A stretch of 64,000 nucleotides of DNA from an uncultured bacterium. GTDB taxonomy: Bacteria > Planctomycetota > UBA1135 > GCA-002686595. A program made the position numbers and the translations under genes. Below, piece by piece: positions 48,553-58,190 of this stretch. The number at the start of each line of letters is the position of its first letter. The stretch's first letter is position 1. The stretch covers positions 800,001 through 864,000 of the forward strand of contig CALSNU010000001.1 of the NCBI GenBank assembly GCA_943787795.1, given 5' to 3'. A model generated the notes under the pieces. That model saw only the letters and a list, made by a program, of their open reading frames with translations. It ran no database searches and was not told the DNA's origin.

Positions 48553-49722
48553 ATGTCCGCAGTCCCGCGATCCGCGTTGGTGCGCCCATTCGGTGCGAAT
48601 CTCGCCCTTCCCGCCGAGGACCCTCCGTCGCAGGCGCGGCAGGCAACTGCACTCGTCTACTGCGAGGCGAACTTCGGCGCCATCGACGGCAAGACGGCCA
48701 ACGGCCTCGTACGCCACTCGGAGAAGTACACGATCCTCTCCGTGATCGACAGCGAGAAGGCGGGCCGCGACGCAGGCACGGTGCTCGACGGGAAGCCCAA
48801 CGGCATCCCCATCTGTCGCGACATTCCCGATGCGCTGGCGCACGCTGGCCCGCTGCCCGACTACTTCATCTTCGGGATCGCGCCGGTGAGTGGAATGCTG
48901 TCGGCGCACGAGCGCAGCCTCGTGCTCGCCGCGATAGGGCTCGGGATGAACGTCGTGAACGGACTCCATGAGTTCCTGAGCGAGGATCCGGAGTTCGTGG
49001 CGGCCAGCGCAGCGAGCAACGTCGAGATCCTCGACGTCCGCAAGCCTCGCCCCAAGAAGGACCTGCGAGTCTTCAGTGGCCGCATCGCCGACGTCACGTG
49101 TCCGCGGATCGCCGTTCTTGGGACCGATTGCGCCATTGGCAAGCGCACGACTTCCAACATCTTGACACGCGCGCTCAACGCCATCGGCATCAAGGCTGTG
49201 ATGGTCGGCACCGGTCAGACAGGCTTGATGCAAGGCGCTCGCTACGGCATGGCGCTCGACGCCGTCCCGTCGCAGTTCTGCGCGGGTGAGCTCGAGGCGA
49301 CCATCATCGAAGCATTCGAAGGCGAGCAGCCCGACGTGATCGTCATCGAGGGGCAGGGCGCGCTGAGTCACCCGGCCTACTCGACCTCGTCCTTCATCCT
49401 GCGCGGCAGCTGCCCAGACGGCGTCGTGCTGCAGCACGCGCCGGGCCGGCCTCACCGCTGCGACTTCCCGGACATGGCGATGCCCTCGCCGGCCAGCGAG
49501 ATCGAGCTCATCGAGACATTCGCCGACACAAGGGTGATCGGCCTGACGCTCAACCACGAGCACATGACCGACGTCGAGCTCGAGGCGGCCATCACGCTGT
49601 ATGAGCTGGAGCTCGGCGTGCCCGCCACCGATGCGCTGACCCACTCTCCCGAGCGGCTGGTGGCGATGGTCCTCGGGGCCTTCCCGCAGCTCGGACCGAG
49701 GTTGGCCTCCGGCACGCGATGA
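48553..49722 (+). CDS. DUF1611 family P-loop protein (DgcN-like)
   Basis: GKTANGLVR, VVNGLHEFL, GTDCAIGKRTT, GTGQTG, IEGQGALSHPAY; GAGGAG RBS. Confidence 0.9.
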   Translation: MSAVPRSALVRPFGANLALPAEDPPSQARQATALVYCEANFGAIDGKTANGLVRHSEKYTILSVIDSEKAGRDAGTVLDGKPNGIPICRDIPDALAHAGPLPDYFIFGIAPVSGMLSAHERSLVLAAIGLGMNVVNGLHEFLSEDPEFVAASAASNVEILDVRKPRPKKDLRVFSGRIADVTCPRIAVLGTDCAIGKRTTSNILTRALNAIGIKAVMVGTGQTGLMQGARYGMALDAVPSQFCAGELEATIIEAFEGEQPDVIVIEGQGALSHPAYSTSSFILRGSCPDGVVLQHAPGRPHRCDFPDMAMPSPASEIELIETFADTRVIGLTLNHEHMTDVELEAAITLYELELGVPATDALTHSPERLVAMVLGAFPQLGPRLASGTR

Positions 49723-50882
49723 GCGCGCCGCGCCTGGAGATCGACCTGGGCAAGATCGAGCACAACGCCCGCGCGCTGGTCGAACGCCTGGCCGCCCGTG
49801 GCATCGCCGTCACGGGCGTCACGAAAGCGACCCTCGGCTCTCCCGAGATCGCCCAGGCGTTGCTGCGAGGGGGAGTTGTGCGGCTCGCCGATTCGCGCAT
49901 CGAGAACATCGAAGCCCTTCGGCGATCCGGCGTGTCAGCCTCGATGACCCTGATCCGCTCTCCGATGCTGAGCCAGGTGGACAGGGTCGTGGCCCATGCC
50001 GACGTGAGCTTCAACACCGAGCTCGAGGTCATCGGCAGGCTCTCGTCGGCCGCCATGCAGGTAGGGGAGTCCCACGGAGTCGTGCTCATGGTCGAACTCG
50101 GAGATCTGCGCGAGGGCATTCTGCCCGCCGACATCGAGCACATCGTGAGCGAGACCCTGCGCCTGCCGAACATCGCACTCAAGGGCATTGGGGCCAACCT
50201 CGCCTGTCGCAGCGGAGTCGTGCCCGGACCCGAGAACATGGCGGAGCTCTCGGCTCTGGCCGATTCGATCGATGCGACCTTCGGGCTCGAGCTCGAGATC
50301 GTCTCCGGCGGCAACTCAGCCAACCTCGGCTGGGTGTTCGGCTCGACGGATGTGGGACGGATCAACGACCTGCGCCTGGGGGAGGCGCTCCTGCTCGGCT
50401 GCGACCCAATCACCCGCCAATCGATCGAGGGGCTCGACACCGACGCCATCACGCTCACCGCCGAGGTGATCGAGGCCAAGCTCAAGCCCTCGCTGCCATG
50501 GGGCGAGATCGGACAATCCGCATTCGGAGAGCCGCCTCCCGCAACTGACCGGGGCCCTGTCTGGCAGACGATTCTCGCCCTCGGGCGCCAGGACGTCGAT
50601 CCAGAGGGCCTCCACCCGCCAGCGGGAATGAAAGTCCTGGAAGCGAGCAGCGACCATCTGATCGTGGACTTCGGCCCACATCGCCTGCCCGTCGGGGGGG
50701 AGGTCAGCTTTCAACTGAACTACAGCGCGCTGTTGCGCGCCATGACCTCACCCTTCGTCACCAAGGTCTTTGTGGGGGCGAGCCGTGCCGCGCCCCTCGC
50801 CGCGACCCTCGACGATGAGCACGCCTTCGGGGGATGGCATCGGGCCGCCCCGAACCGGAGGGTGGGCCCCCGTGCCGGGTGA
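49719..50882 (+). CDS. PLP-dependent fold-type III alanine/ornithine racemase family enzyme
   Basis: IDLGKIEHN, GVTK (PLP lysine), ADSRIEN, MVELGDLREG, SGGNS, SSDH; ATGA overlap. Confidence 0.88.
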   Translation: MSAPRLEIDLGKIEHNARALVERLAARGIAVTGVTKATLGSPEIAQALLRGGVVRLADSRIENIEALRRSGVSASMTLIRSPMLSQVDRVVAHADVSFNTELEVIGRLSSAAMQVGESHGVVLMVELGDLREGILPADIEHIVSETLRLPNIALKGIGANLACRSGVVPGPENMAELSALADSIDATFGLELEIVSGGNSANLGWVFGSTDVGRINDLRLGEALLLGCDPITRQSIEGLDTDAITLTAEVIEAKLKPSLPWGEIGQSAFGEPPPATDRGPVWQTILALGRQDVDPEGLHPPAGMKVLEASSDHLIVDFGPHRLPVGGEVSFQLNYSALLRAMTSPFVTKVFVGASRAAPLAATLDDEHAFGGWHRAAPNRRVGPRAG

Positions 50883-50980
50883 CGGTGCATGGGCACGACG
50901 AGGGAAAGCCCCGCCCGGCCCGTCTCGTCAGTCGCCTGCATCTCCAGCCGAGCCGAGCGGCCCCCCGCTACCACGTACGC

Positions 50981-51018
50981 GAGAGGATCTGGCTCCACCG
51001 GCCGGGTCCTCTTTTTTT
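50981..51018 (+). terminator. Intrinsic terminator following att scar 2
   Basis: GAGGATCTGGC...GCCGGGTCCTC followed by T7. Confidence 0.75.
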
Positions 51019-51183
51019 GTGCCCGCAGGACGCCCTGACCAGGGCGAGCGCCGCAGCCCCTTGGGCGCTCGCGGATTCCCAAGACCGTCTCGGTCCAGCC
51101 GTCCTGGAGCCAGCAGTCCTGGAGCAGGCCAGGTGGGACCCCCAGGCTCGCGGCGGCTTCACCGAGGCGCCAGCGCCCGACGT

Positions 51184-51906
51184 TCAGAGCCCGAGCTTCC
51201 TCTTCAGGTAGTCGCTCGTGAGGTGCCCAGCGGCATCGAAGGGGTCGCACTTGCCGCTCGGGTCGAAGTCGATGGGGCCGATCTTCTTCGCCACCCGGAG
51301 CGCCGCCCTGTTGAGGGCCTTCGTTCGCTTGCCGATCCCCAGCAGCGCGCCGGCCATGGACATCCGGACGCCCGTCGATTCCCTGGAGTGGCGCTGGTCG
51401 ATCAGCGCGATGTAGCCCAGGAAGCTCGCCTCGTCGGGCGCGCTCTTCTTCTTGGACTTCGAGACCTCATAGAGGAGGCCATATCCGCAGCTCCGACGGA
51501 CCCGATCCCGGCTCTCGATCCACCGGTCGATGAGCTCGACGACGAAGGGCGTCTTCGCGAGCGGGGCGCCGCAGGAGGAAAAGACGTGGGCGAGGTGCCC
51601 GCCATCGAGCTCCTGGACCTGAACTTCGGCCTGCTCGATCGTCATCCGCTTGGGGTCGTCGATCAAGAGCGCGATCACCTTGGCGTCGTAGACCCCCGTG
51701 GCCCAGAGGCGCCGCGCGAGCTCGGGGTCCTTGCCGAGGCCCTTGGCGTAGGACCGCAGCCGGGTGAGGCCCAAGCCGTAGCTCCGCAGGCCGCCCGAGC
51801 GGCCCTGGAGCTTCTTCCAGCTCGCGATGCCGCGCGGGTCCTGCTCGGCCTTCAGGAAGGCGAGGACCTCAGCCTTCGAGGTCGCACCGGATCCAGCTCT
51901 TGCCAT
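51184..51906 (-). CDS. DNA alkylation repair protein (AlkD-like family)
   Basis: YGLGLTRLR..AK..GKDPELARRLWATGVYDAKVIA...WI.S...RR pattern. Confidence 0.7.
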   Translation of the reverse strand: MARAGSGATSKAEVLAFLKAEQDPRGIASWKKLQGRSGGLRSYGLGLTRLRSYAKGLGKDPELARRLWATGVYDAKVIALLIDDPKRMTIEQAEVQVQELDGGHLAHVFSSCGAPLAKTPFVVELIDRWIESRDRVRRSCGYGLLYEVSKSKKKSAPDEASFLGYIALIDQRHSRESTGVRMSMAGALLGIGKRTKALNRAALRVAKKIGPIDFDPSGKCDPFDAAGHLTSDYLKRKLGL

Positions 51907-51997
51907 GGAAGAGAGCCTACACGGCCTGCGGAGGCCCGAGCCAGTGGGCCTCCATCGAGCTCGGACACGGGCTCCAGAGCGGACCGGGCGCCGGTGG

Positions 51998-53104
51998 TCA
52001 GCGCCCGTCCGTGACGAAGTCGGGCCAGCGCCGCATGTAATCCACCATGGTCTCGCTGAGGGCCGCCGCTCGCAGGTGCTCCGGGGAGAAGGGGGGCCGG
52101 GCCGGCTCCCAGCCGGCCTCGGCGGCCTCCTGCGGCCAGCGGTCGTTCCCGATGGCGGCGCGGCCCAGACCCACGAGATCCGCGCCTTGTTCGAGGACGA
52201 GGTCAGCCTCCGACGGGGTCCACACCGCGCCCGTGGCGATCATCGGGGTCAGGGGGCCGATGGCCTCGCGGAACCAGGTGGTGAGGGGCTTCTTGGAGCT
52301 TGGGTACTTGGCGGGGGCCTTGAAGCTATCCCAGTTGGACACGTGCACGAAGTCGACGCCGTCGCTCGCGAGCCACCCCGCGACGATGAGCGACTCGTCG
52401 AGGTCGACGCCCTGCTCCGGCACCTCCGGAGAGATCCGAACGCCGACGAGGAACCCATCGGGGGTGGCCTCACGCACGGCGGCCACGACTCGCCTGACGA
52501 AGCGGGCGCGGTTCTCGAGGGAGCCGCCCCACTCGTCGTCGCGAGCGTTGGAGATCGTCCCGAGGAACTGGGTGATGAGGTAGCCGTGGGCGCCGTGGAT
52601 CTCGACGCCGTCGAACCCGGCGTCGGCGCAGCGGCGGGCGGCGGCGGCGAAGGCCGCGATGGTGCGCTCGATGTCGTCCACCGTGGCCTCGCGGGGGACC
52701 TCGAAGTCCTTGGCGTCGAGCTCGAAGGCGCTGGCGCTGAAGGGTTGCTGCCCGGTCAGGCGCGACGGAGCGCGGACCCCTCCGTGGAAGATCTGTACGA
52801 GGGAGAGGGCGCCATCGGCGCGCAGGGCGCCGGCGAGGCGCGAGAGGCCGGGCAGGAGCGCGTCATCGAAGACCCCCAGCTCGCCGTCCCAACCCTGCCC
52901 GTCCGGGCTCACGTGCGCGGCGCAGGTGGTGACGATGCCGAAGCCGCCCCGGGCGCGCGCCGCGAGCCACTCGAGCTCATCGTCTCCCAGGGAGCCGTCC
53001 GCGTGGCTCTGCTTGTTGGTCATGGCCGCGAGCACCGTGCGGTTTCGGACCTGGGTGCCGGTGCGGGGGAATTCGTAGGGCGTGAGGATCTTCGGCGTCG
53101 TCAT
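51998..53104 (-). CDS. NADH:flavin oxidoreductase (Old Yellow Enzyme family)
   Basis: RNRTVLAAMT, RARGGFG, QIFHGG, AGFDGVEIHGAHGYLITQFL, RDDEWGGSLENRARF. Confidence 0.92.
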   Translation of the reverse strand: MTTPKILTPYEFPRTGTQVRNRTVLAAMTNKQSHADGSLGDDELEWLAARARGGFGIVTTCAAHVSPDGQGWDGELGVFDDALLPGLSRLAGALRADGALSLVQIFHGGVRAPSRLTGQQPFSASAFELDAKDFEVPREATVDDIERTIAAFAAAARRCADAGFDGVEIHGAHGYLITQFLGTISNARDDEWGGSLENRARFVRRVVAAVREATPDGFLVGVRISPEVPEQGVDLDESLIVAGWLASDGVDFVHVSNWDSFKAPAKYPSSKKPLTTWFREAIGPLTPMIATGAVWTPSEADLVLEQGADLVGLGRAAIGNDRWPQEAAEAGWEPARPPFSPEHLRAAALSETMVDYMRRWPDFVTDGR

Positions 53105-53299
53105 CGAAGCAAGGTACTGGCCCGTGCGCCGGGGCGTCGGCATGAGGTCCGGGTCTCCGTCAGCCCTCGGCGGCCGATCCCGAACCCCGGGCCCGCCTGT
53201 TGGCTCGAATTGTGCCCGGCGGCTTGTGGAGTCAGGGAGGGGAGGACAGGCTCACGCGAAGGGCTGCGCACCCATGGGGCAAGACGCGGCCCCGTCCAG

Positions 53300-53800
53300 A
53301 TGCTGTACCTCGCCTACATCGACGTCCGCCCCTTCCTGTACCTGGGCGGCCTCGCGCTCGTGCTCCTCCTCGGCCTGCTCTTCTCCGCGGTCGTCATGGG
53401 AGGAGCCCGCAGGGGCCGCGTGATGTTCGCGGCGACGGCTGCCTGGACTGTGCTCTTCACAATCTTCCTGACCGAGTTCGGTCCGTTCGTCGGGCAGGAG
53501 GCGGTCGTCGAGCACCGGCTGGCCTGGACCGTGGCGTCCGAGGGCCCCGGGTCGACGGCGGTCGTGGAGCTCTCCTTCACGGACCACCCCGGGCATCACC
53601 TGTGGGAGCCGTCCGCCGACCTCGCCGCGCACCTCGAGGCGCTGGGCGAGGCCACCGTCGTCGGCCGCTTTCGGGTCACGCGGGACTATGGGCGCATGCG
53701 GGGATACGACCTCATCGAGGTGGCAGGGCTACGGGGCTGGGCCTCGAAGGGCGCCGCTGGCGGAACCCGGGGTCAACCGGCCTCCTCCCCCTGGGACTGA
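53300..53800 (+). CDS. Hypothetical membrane protein
   Basis: Two hydrophobic helices then a soluble domain; only the 3' part of the 51827-53800 ORF looks coding. Confidence 0.6.
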   Translation: MLYLAYIDVRPFLYLGGLALVLLLGLLFSAVVMGGARRGRVMFAATAAWTVLFTIFLTEFGPFVGQEAVVEHRLAWTVASEGPGSTAVVELSFTDHPGHHLWEPSADLAAHLEALGEATVVGRFRVTRDYGRMRGYDLIEVAGLRGWASKGAAGGTRGQPASSPWD

Positions 53801-53810
53801 GCGGGGCGGC

Positions 53811-55235
53811 TCAGCGTGCCTCGGCCCCTGAGGGAGCGCGAAGGGTCGAGCTCCAGGCGGCCAGCTCGCGCTGCAGGTCCGTGACGAGCTCGGGACGCTG
53901 GGCCGCGAGGTCATGCGCCTCGCCGGGGTCCGCTTCGAGGTCGTGGAGGGTGAAGGGCTGATCCCCCTTGCGGTGGATCTTCCAGCGCCCGCGGGTCCAG
54001 GCCTCGGCCCCCTTGTGACGGAATCCCATGCCAGCTCCTCGCTCAGTGGATTCGCCCCGGAGAACGGGGCCGAGGTCCACCCCGTCAAGCACAGCTTCGG
54101 GGAGGGGGAGTCCGGCGGCTGAGAGCACCGTTGGCAGGGTGTCGACGGTCCCCGCGGGGACGTCGGTCACCGCGGGAGCGAGGTGGCCTGGCCACTCGAT
54201 GATCCCGGGGACCCGGACGCCGCCCTCCTTGAGGCTGCGCTTGCGGCCGGTCAACGGGCCGGTGATCCCGAGCCCGCTCTCCGGGCTCCCCTCGGGGCCG
54301 TTGTCGCTCGTGAACCAGACCATGGTGTCGTCCGCGACGCCGAGCTCGCGCAGCCGCCCGCGGAGGCGGCCGACGCTGTCGTCCACCGCTTCGAGGCAGG
54401 CGAGGAAGTGCTGCTCCTGGAGCGGGCGGTCCGCGAAGCGCCGCGCGCGGGCGGGGTCGGCCACCACGGGGAGGTGGGGGGCGTGGAGCCAGACCACCGC
54501 GAGGAACGGCCGATCCTCGGCGACGGCCGCGTCGATGAAGGTCAGGGCGCGGTCCATGATCAGGGCCGAGTCGTCCCCCTCCAGCCCCTCGGTCACCCGC
54601 TCGCCGGGGCCGGTCCAATACGCCGTGCCGTAGGGGCCGCCGGGGACAAGGCCCCGTGCCACCCCGCCGTGCTCGCGGGCCGGGGTCACCATGGGATCGA
54701 AGGTCGGGACCTTCGCCTCGGTGGAGAAGCACACGTCGAAGCCGTGCTCCCACGGTGGCGAGTAGTGCTCCGTGGCGCCGGGCCGGCCGCGGTTGGAGTC
54801 CTTGACCTCGGTCGTCAGCGTGCCGAGGTGCCACTTGCCGAAGTGGCCGGTCCGGTAGCCGGCGGCGTGGAGCTCCTCGGCGAGGGTGTGCTCTGTGGCG
54901 GGCAGGTGCCCGGAGTTTGCGCCGCCGATCCCCATGCGCGCCGGGTGTCGGCCCGTGAGGACGCTGGCCCGGGTCGGGGAGCACACGGGCGAGGCGGCGT
55001 AGAAGCGGTCCAGGCGGACGCCGCTCCGCGCCATCTCGTCCAGGTGTGGTGTCTCGAGCCGCGGGTGCCCCCGGAGCCCGAGGTCACCCCAGCCCTGGTC
55101 GTCGGTCATCAGGAGGATGACGTTGGGTGTGGGGGGCGCGTCGGTGGAGCCGGCCGTGGCCGCAGCGGTCGCCGCGCAGGAGCCGAGCCACAGGGAAGCC
55201 GCGGAGAGGAGCGCGCAGGACGGGGCGGAGGTCAT
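53811..55235 (-). CDS. Cys-type sulfatase, probable lipoprotein
   Basis: PNVILLMTDDQG, CSPTRASVLTG (CxPxR), GKWHLG, TSDNG; LWLGSC lipobox-like. Confidence 0.92.
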   Translation of the reverse strand: MTSAPSCALLSAASLWLGSCAATAAATAGSTDAPPTPNVILLMTDDQGWGDLGLRGHPRLETPHLDEMARSGVRLDRFYAASPVCSPTRASVLTGRHPARMGIGGANSGHLPATEHTLAEELHAAGYRTGHFGKWHLGTLTTEVKDSNRGRPGATEHYSPPWEHGFDVCFSTEAKVPTFDPMVTPAREHGGVARGLVPGGPYGTAYWTGPGERVTEGLEGDDSALIMDRALTFIDAAVAEDRPFLAVVWLHAPHLPVVADPARARRFADRPLQEQHFLACLEAVDDSVGRLRGRLRELGVADDTMVWFTSDNGPEGSPESGLGITGPLTGRKRSLKEGGVRVPGIIEWPGHLAPAVTDVPAGTVDTLPTVLSAAGLPLPEAVLDGVDLGPVLRGESTERGAGMGFRHKGAEAWTRGRWKIHRKGDQPFTLHDLEADPGEAHDLAAQRPELVTDLQRELAAWSSTLRAPSGAEAR

Positions 55236-55279
55236 GGGACGAGGATAGTCCGCGACGCGCAGCAGCGTCGAACGAAGGC

Positions 55280-55308
55280 GGGGCCCGGCCCCCTGGGGAC
55301 CGGGCCCC
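55280..55308 (-). terminator. Hairpin downstream of the M56 gene
   Basis: GGGGCCCGG...CCGGGCCCC inverted repeat. Confidence 0.5.
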
Positions 55309-55333
55309 GTATGGGCTCACGACGTGGCGAGGC

Positions 55334-57593
55334 CTAGCGGCGGTCGCCGAACATCTTGGCGCGGGCCTCCTTCAGCTTGGCCTCCGCCTCGTCCGCGGTC
55401 ATCTCGCCCTTGTCGATGGCGGCCTTGAGGCGCTTCTCGTACTCCGCGTACCGCGCGCGCAGGGCAGCCTGGTCCGCCTTGGCCTCGCCGCCCCCGGGCT
55501 TGTCGGTCACGGCGCCCTTCTTGGTGCCTTGGGACATGCGCTCCTTGGCCTGGCGGAGCCGCTCCATTCCTTGCTCCTCCGTGATCTGGCCGGACGCGAC
55601 CGCGGCCTTGATGCGCCGCTCGAGCTCCCCATAGCGGTCGGCCATGGCCTTCTTGTCGGTCACGGCGCTTCTTCTTGGCGCCTTGGGACATGCGCTCCTT
55701 GGCCTGTTGGAGCCGCTCCATTCCCTGCTCCTCCGTGATCCGGCCGGACTCGACCGCGGCCTTGATCCGCCGCTCGAGCTCCTCGTAGCGGGCGGCCATG
55801 GCCTTCTCATCGGCCTCTCCGCCGCGCTGGGCCTCCTCGGCGCCGCCGAACATCTTCTCGCGGGCCTCCGTGAGCTTGGCGTTGGCCTCGTCCTTGGTCA
55901 TGGCGCCCTTCTTGACGCGCTGCATGAGGCCCCGCTCGTACTCGGCATAGCGCTCGCGCTTCGCCCGCTGGTCCGCGTCGACCTTGCCCTTGGGGGCGCC
56001 GCCGAACATCTTCTCGCGGGCCTCCGTGAGCTTGGCGTTGGCCTCGTCCTTGGTCATGGCGCCCTTCTTGACGCGCTCCATGAGTCCCCGCTCGTACTCG
56101 GCATAGCGCTCGCGCTTCGCCCGCTGGTCCGCGTCGACCTTGCCCTTGGGGGCGCCGCCGAACATCTTCTCGCGGGCCTCCGCGAGCTTGGCGTTGGCCT
56201 CGTCCTTGGTCATGGCGCCCTTCCTGACGCGCTCCATGAGGCCCCGCTCGTACTCGGCATAGCGCTCGCGCTTCGCCCGCTGTTCAGCCTCGACCTTGCC
56301 CTTGGGGGTGTCGCCGAACATGGACCTGCGCGCCTCGGCGAGGCGAGCGGCGCCCTGCTCCCGGGTGATCTTGCCGCTCTTGATCCCGGCCTCGACGCGC
56401 TGCTCCATGGTCGCGTAGCGCTCGCGCAGGGCGCGCTGGTCGACGCTCGCGTCGGCCGGCCGGTCGGTGGACGCGCGGCGGAGCGCCTCCATCATGGTGC
56501 GGGCCTGGGCCGGGGTCAGCTCGCCGGCCTCCACGGCGCTCGCGAGCCGCCGTTGGACGGCCTCGAAGTCCTGGGCGTACGCCACGCTCATGGGCAGGAA
56601 GAGGGCGCCGAGCGCGAGGCAAGCAGAGAGGAACCAGCGAGGCGTCCGCGGGAGTCGGTTGGAGAGAATCATGGTCAATCGAGCTTCGAGCTCCTCGCCG
56701 CTTGTGAGGGTGCTGGCCACGAGAGGGGGGCGAACACCCTCGGGGGACAGGAACTCCGCCACGGCCAAGAGCGAGCTGGCGTAGCGGCGTTGATCGGGGT
56801 GGAATCTGGAGAGGACCACGGCGTCGCAGGCGAGCTCCTCGTTGGCGCGCAGGTGGTGGCGGGCCCACCAGGTGACGGGGTTCCACCAAAAGGCGACCCC
56901 CGACAGCCACTCGACCCAGCGGACCCAGTGGTCACGGCGCTGGATGTGGGCCAGCTCATGGGCGAGGACGAGGCGCAGGTCCGCGGAGGAGAGGCTCTTC
57001 ACCAGGGCCGAAGGCACGACGATCCGCGGCGGCCCGGCGAAGCACCAGACGTAGGGGCTGATGCGCGCGGTGGTGGTCCACACGGCGGGGGATCGGCGGA
57101 GCCCGAGGCTGCGGCTGACGCGGTCGCTGAGGCCCTGGACCTCGGGGGGCGCGGCGGTGGTCGCGCGGCCCATGGCGACGTGAAACTGGCCGACGCGGAT
57201 CAGGGAGACCGTCAGGGCCAGGGCCGAGCCCAGCAGCCAGACCCAGCCGGCGACGCGGCGCTCGGGGAAGGCCTCGGCCCGGGCCGGAGTGGTGGCAAGC
57301 TCCGCTTCGAGGAGGTCCAGCGCCGCGACGTCGCCTCCGGAGATCGGGGATGCCCCGAGGGAGGTCAGCTGCTCCTCGACCAGGGCCAGCTCGGCGGTCG
57401 CGGCGGGACTCTCGAAGGGGATGAGCGGGACGGTCATCACCGGTGGGGTGACGAGCTTGAGCAGGACCCCGAGCCACAGCGCGTGGGCCAGGAGGGGATG
57501 ACGGCCGCGGCGGTGCACGGCGTACGCGACGAGGGCCAGGGCGGCCGAGACGCAGACGTTGCTCAGGGTGAGCTCCAACCAGAAGGCGCTCAT
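55334..57593 (-). CDS. BlaR1/MecR1-type M56 metallopeptidase with repeated helical C-terminal modules (apparent frameshift near 55670)
   Basis: LWLGVLLKLVTPP, VLAHELAHIQRRD (HExxH), FWWNP, EELACD; repeat comparison shows one extra base near 55670. Confidence 0.88.
55845..56320 (-). repeat. 156 bp (52 aa) tandem repeat, three copies, within the M56 gene
   Basis: GCCGAACATCTTCTCGCGGGCC recurs at 55845, 56001 and 56157. Confidence 0.9.
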
Positions 57594-57594
57594 G

Positions 57595-57978
57595 TCACGC
57601 CTTCCCCCGGCCGGCGCCGTCGAGCAGGGTCCGGAGGCGATCGAGCTCCTTGCGGCTGATCTTCTTGGAGCGGAGGAGGTGGGTGAGGAACGGCGCGAAC
57701 GACCCCCCCGTGAGGCGCTCGGCGAGGCCCACGAGCTGCTCGCCCGCGAAGTCCTCCCGGGTCACGGCGGCCTTGAACACGTGCACATGAAGGCTTCGAT
57801 CCCGGGCCACACAGCCCTTCTCCTCGAGGCTCTGGAGGAAGCGCTGGACGGTCCCGTGCTGCGCCCGCTCGGCGTCAGGGTAGAGGTGCTCGCGGATCTG
57901 CCGGGCCGTCAGTTCCGGTTGCTCCCAGAGGAGTTCGAGGACGGAGAGCTCTGCGTTGGTCAGCTGGCTGGCGTTCAT
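57595..57978 (-). CDS. BlaI/MecI/CopY family repressor
   Basis: LTNAELSVLELLW...TVQRFLQSLEEKG.V.R...ISRKELDRLR; directly upstream of the M56 gene. Confidence 0.92.
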   Translation of the reverse strand: MNASQLTNAELSVLELLWEQPELTARQIREHLYPDAERAQHGTVQRFLQSLEEKGCVARDRSLHVHVFKAAVTREDFAGEQLVGLAERLTGGSFAPFLTHLLRSKKISRKELDRLRTLLDGAGRGKA

Positions 57979-58012
57979 GACTCCGCCGGTTGTAGCGATT
58001 CCCGAGGGGGCG

Positions 58013-58054
58013 CCTACGGTGAATCGTCGTAGATCTACGGCGATTTACCGTAGG
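58013..58054. promoter_or_regulatory. Probable BlaI-family operator: 42 bp dyad containing two CTAC-N11-GTAG boxes
   Basis: CCTACGGTGAATCGTCGTAG-AT-CTACGGCGATTTACCGTAGG, arms complementary at 18 of 20 positions, 35 nt upstream of the repressor ATG. Confidence 0.7.
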
Positions 58055-58190
58055 TGCACCGCGAGGCGCCGCCAGGGATCCACCCGTGGTGCTTGAGCGG
58101 CGGATGTGGGGGAGGGCGTCGGGGCCGCCGCCCCCAGGTTTTTGGCGCTCGGCGCCCATCCGGGGAGGGCCCATCGCTTCTAGTTGGACC

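Noticed and set aside
51827..53299. 5' part of the 657 aa plus-strand ORF
   Set aside because: Antisense to the flavin oxidoreductase; only the part from 53300 looks coding
55845..56320. Long direct repeats as CRISPR or mobile element ends
   Set aside because: In-frame 52 aa protein repeats of the M56 gene
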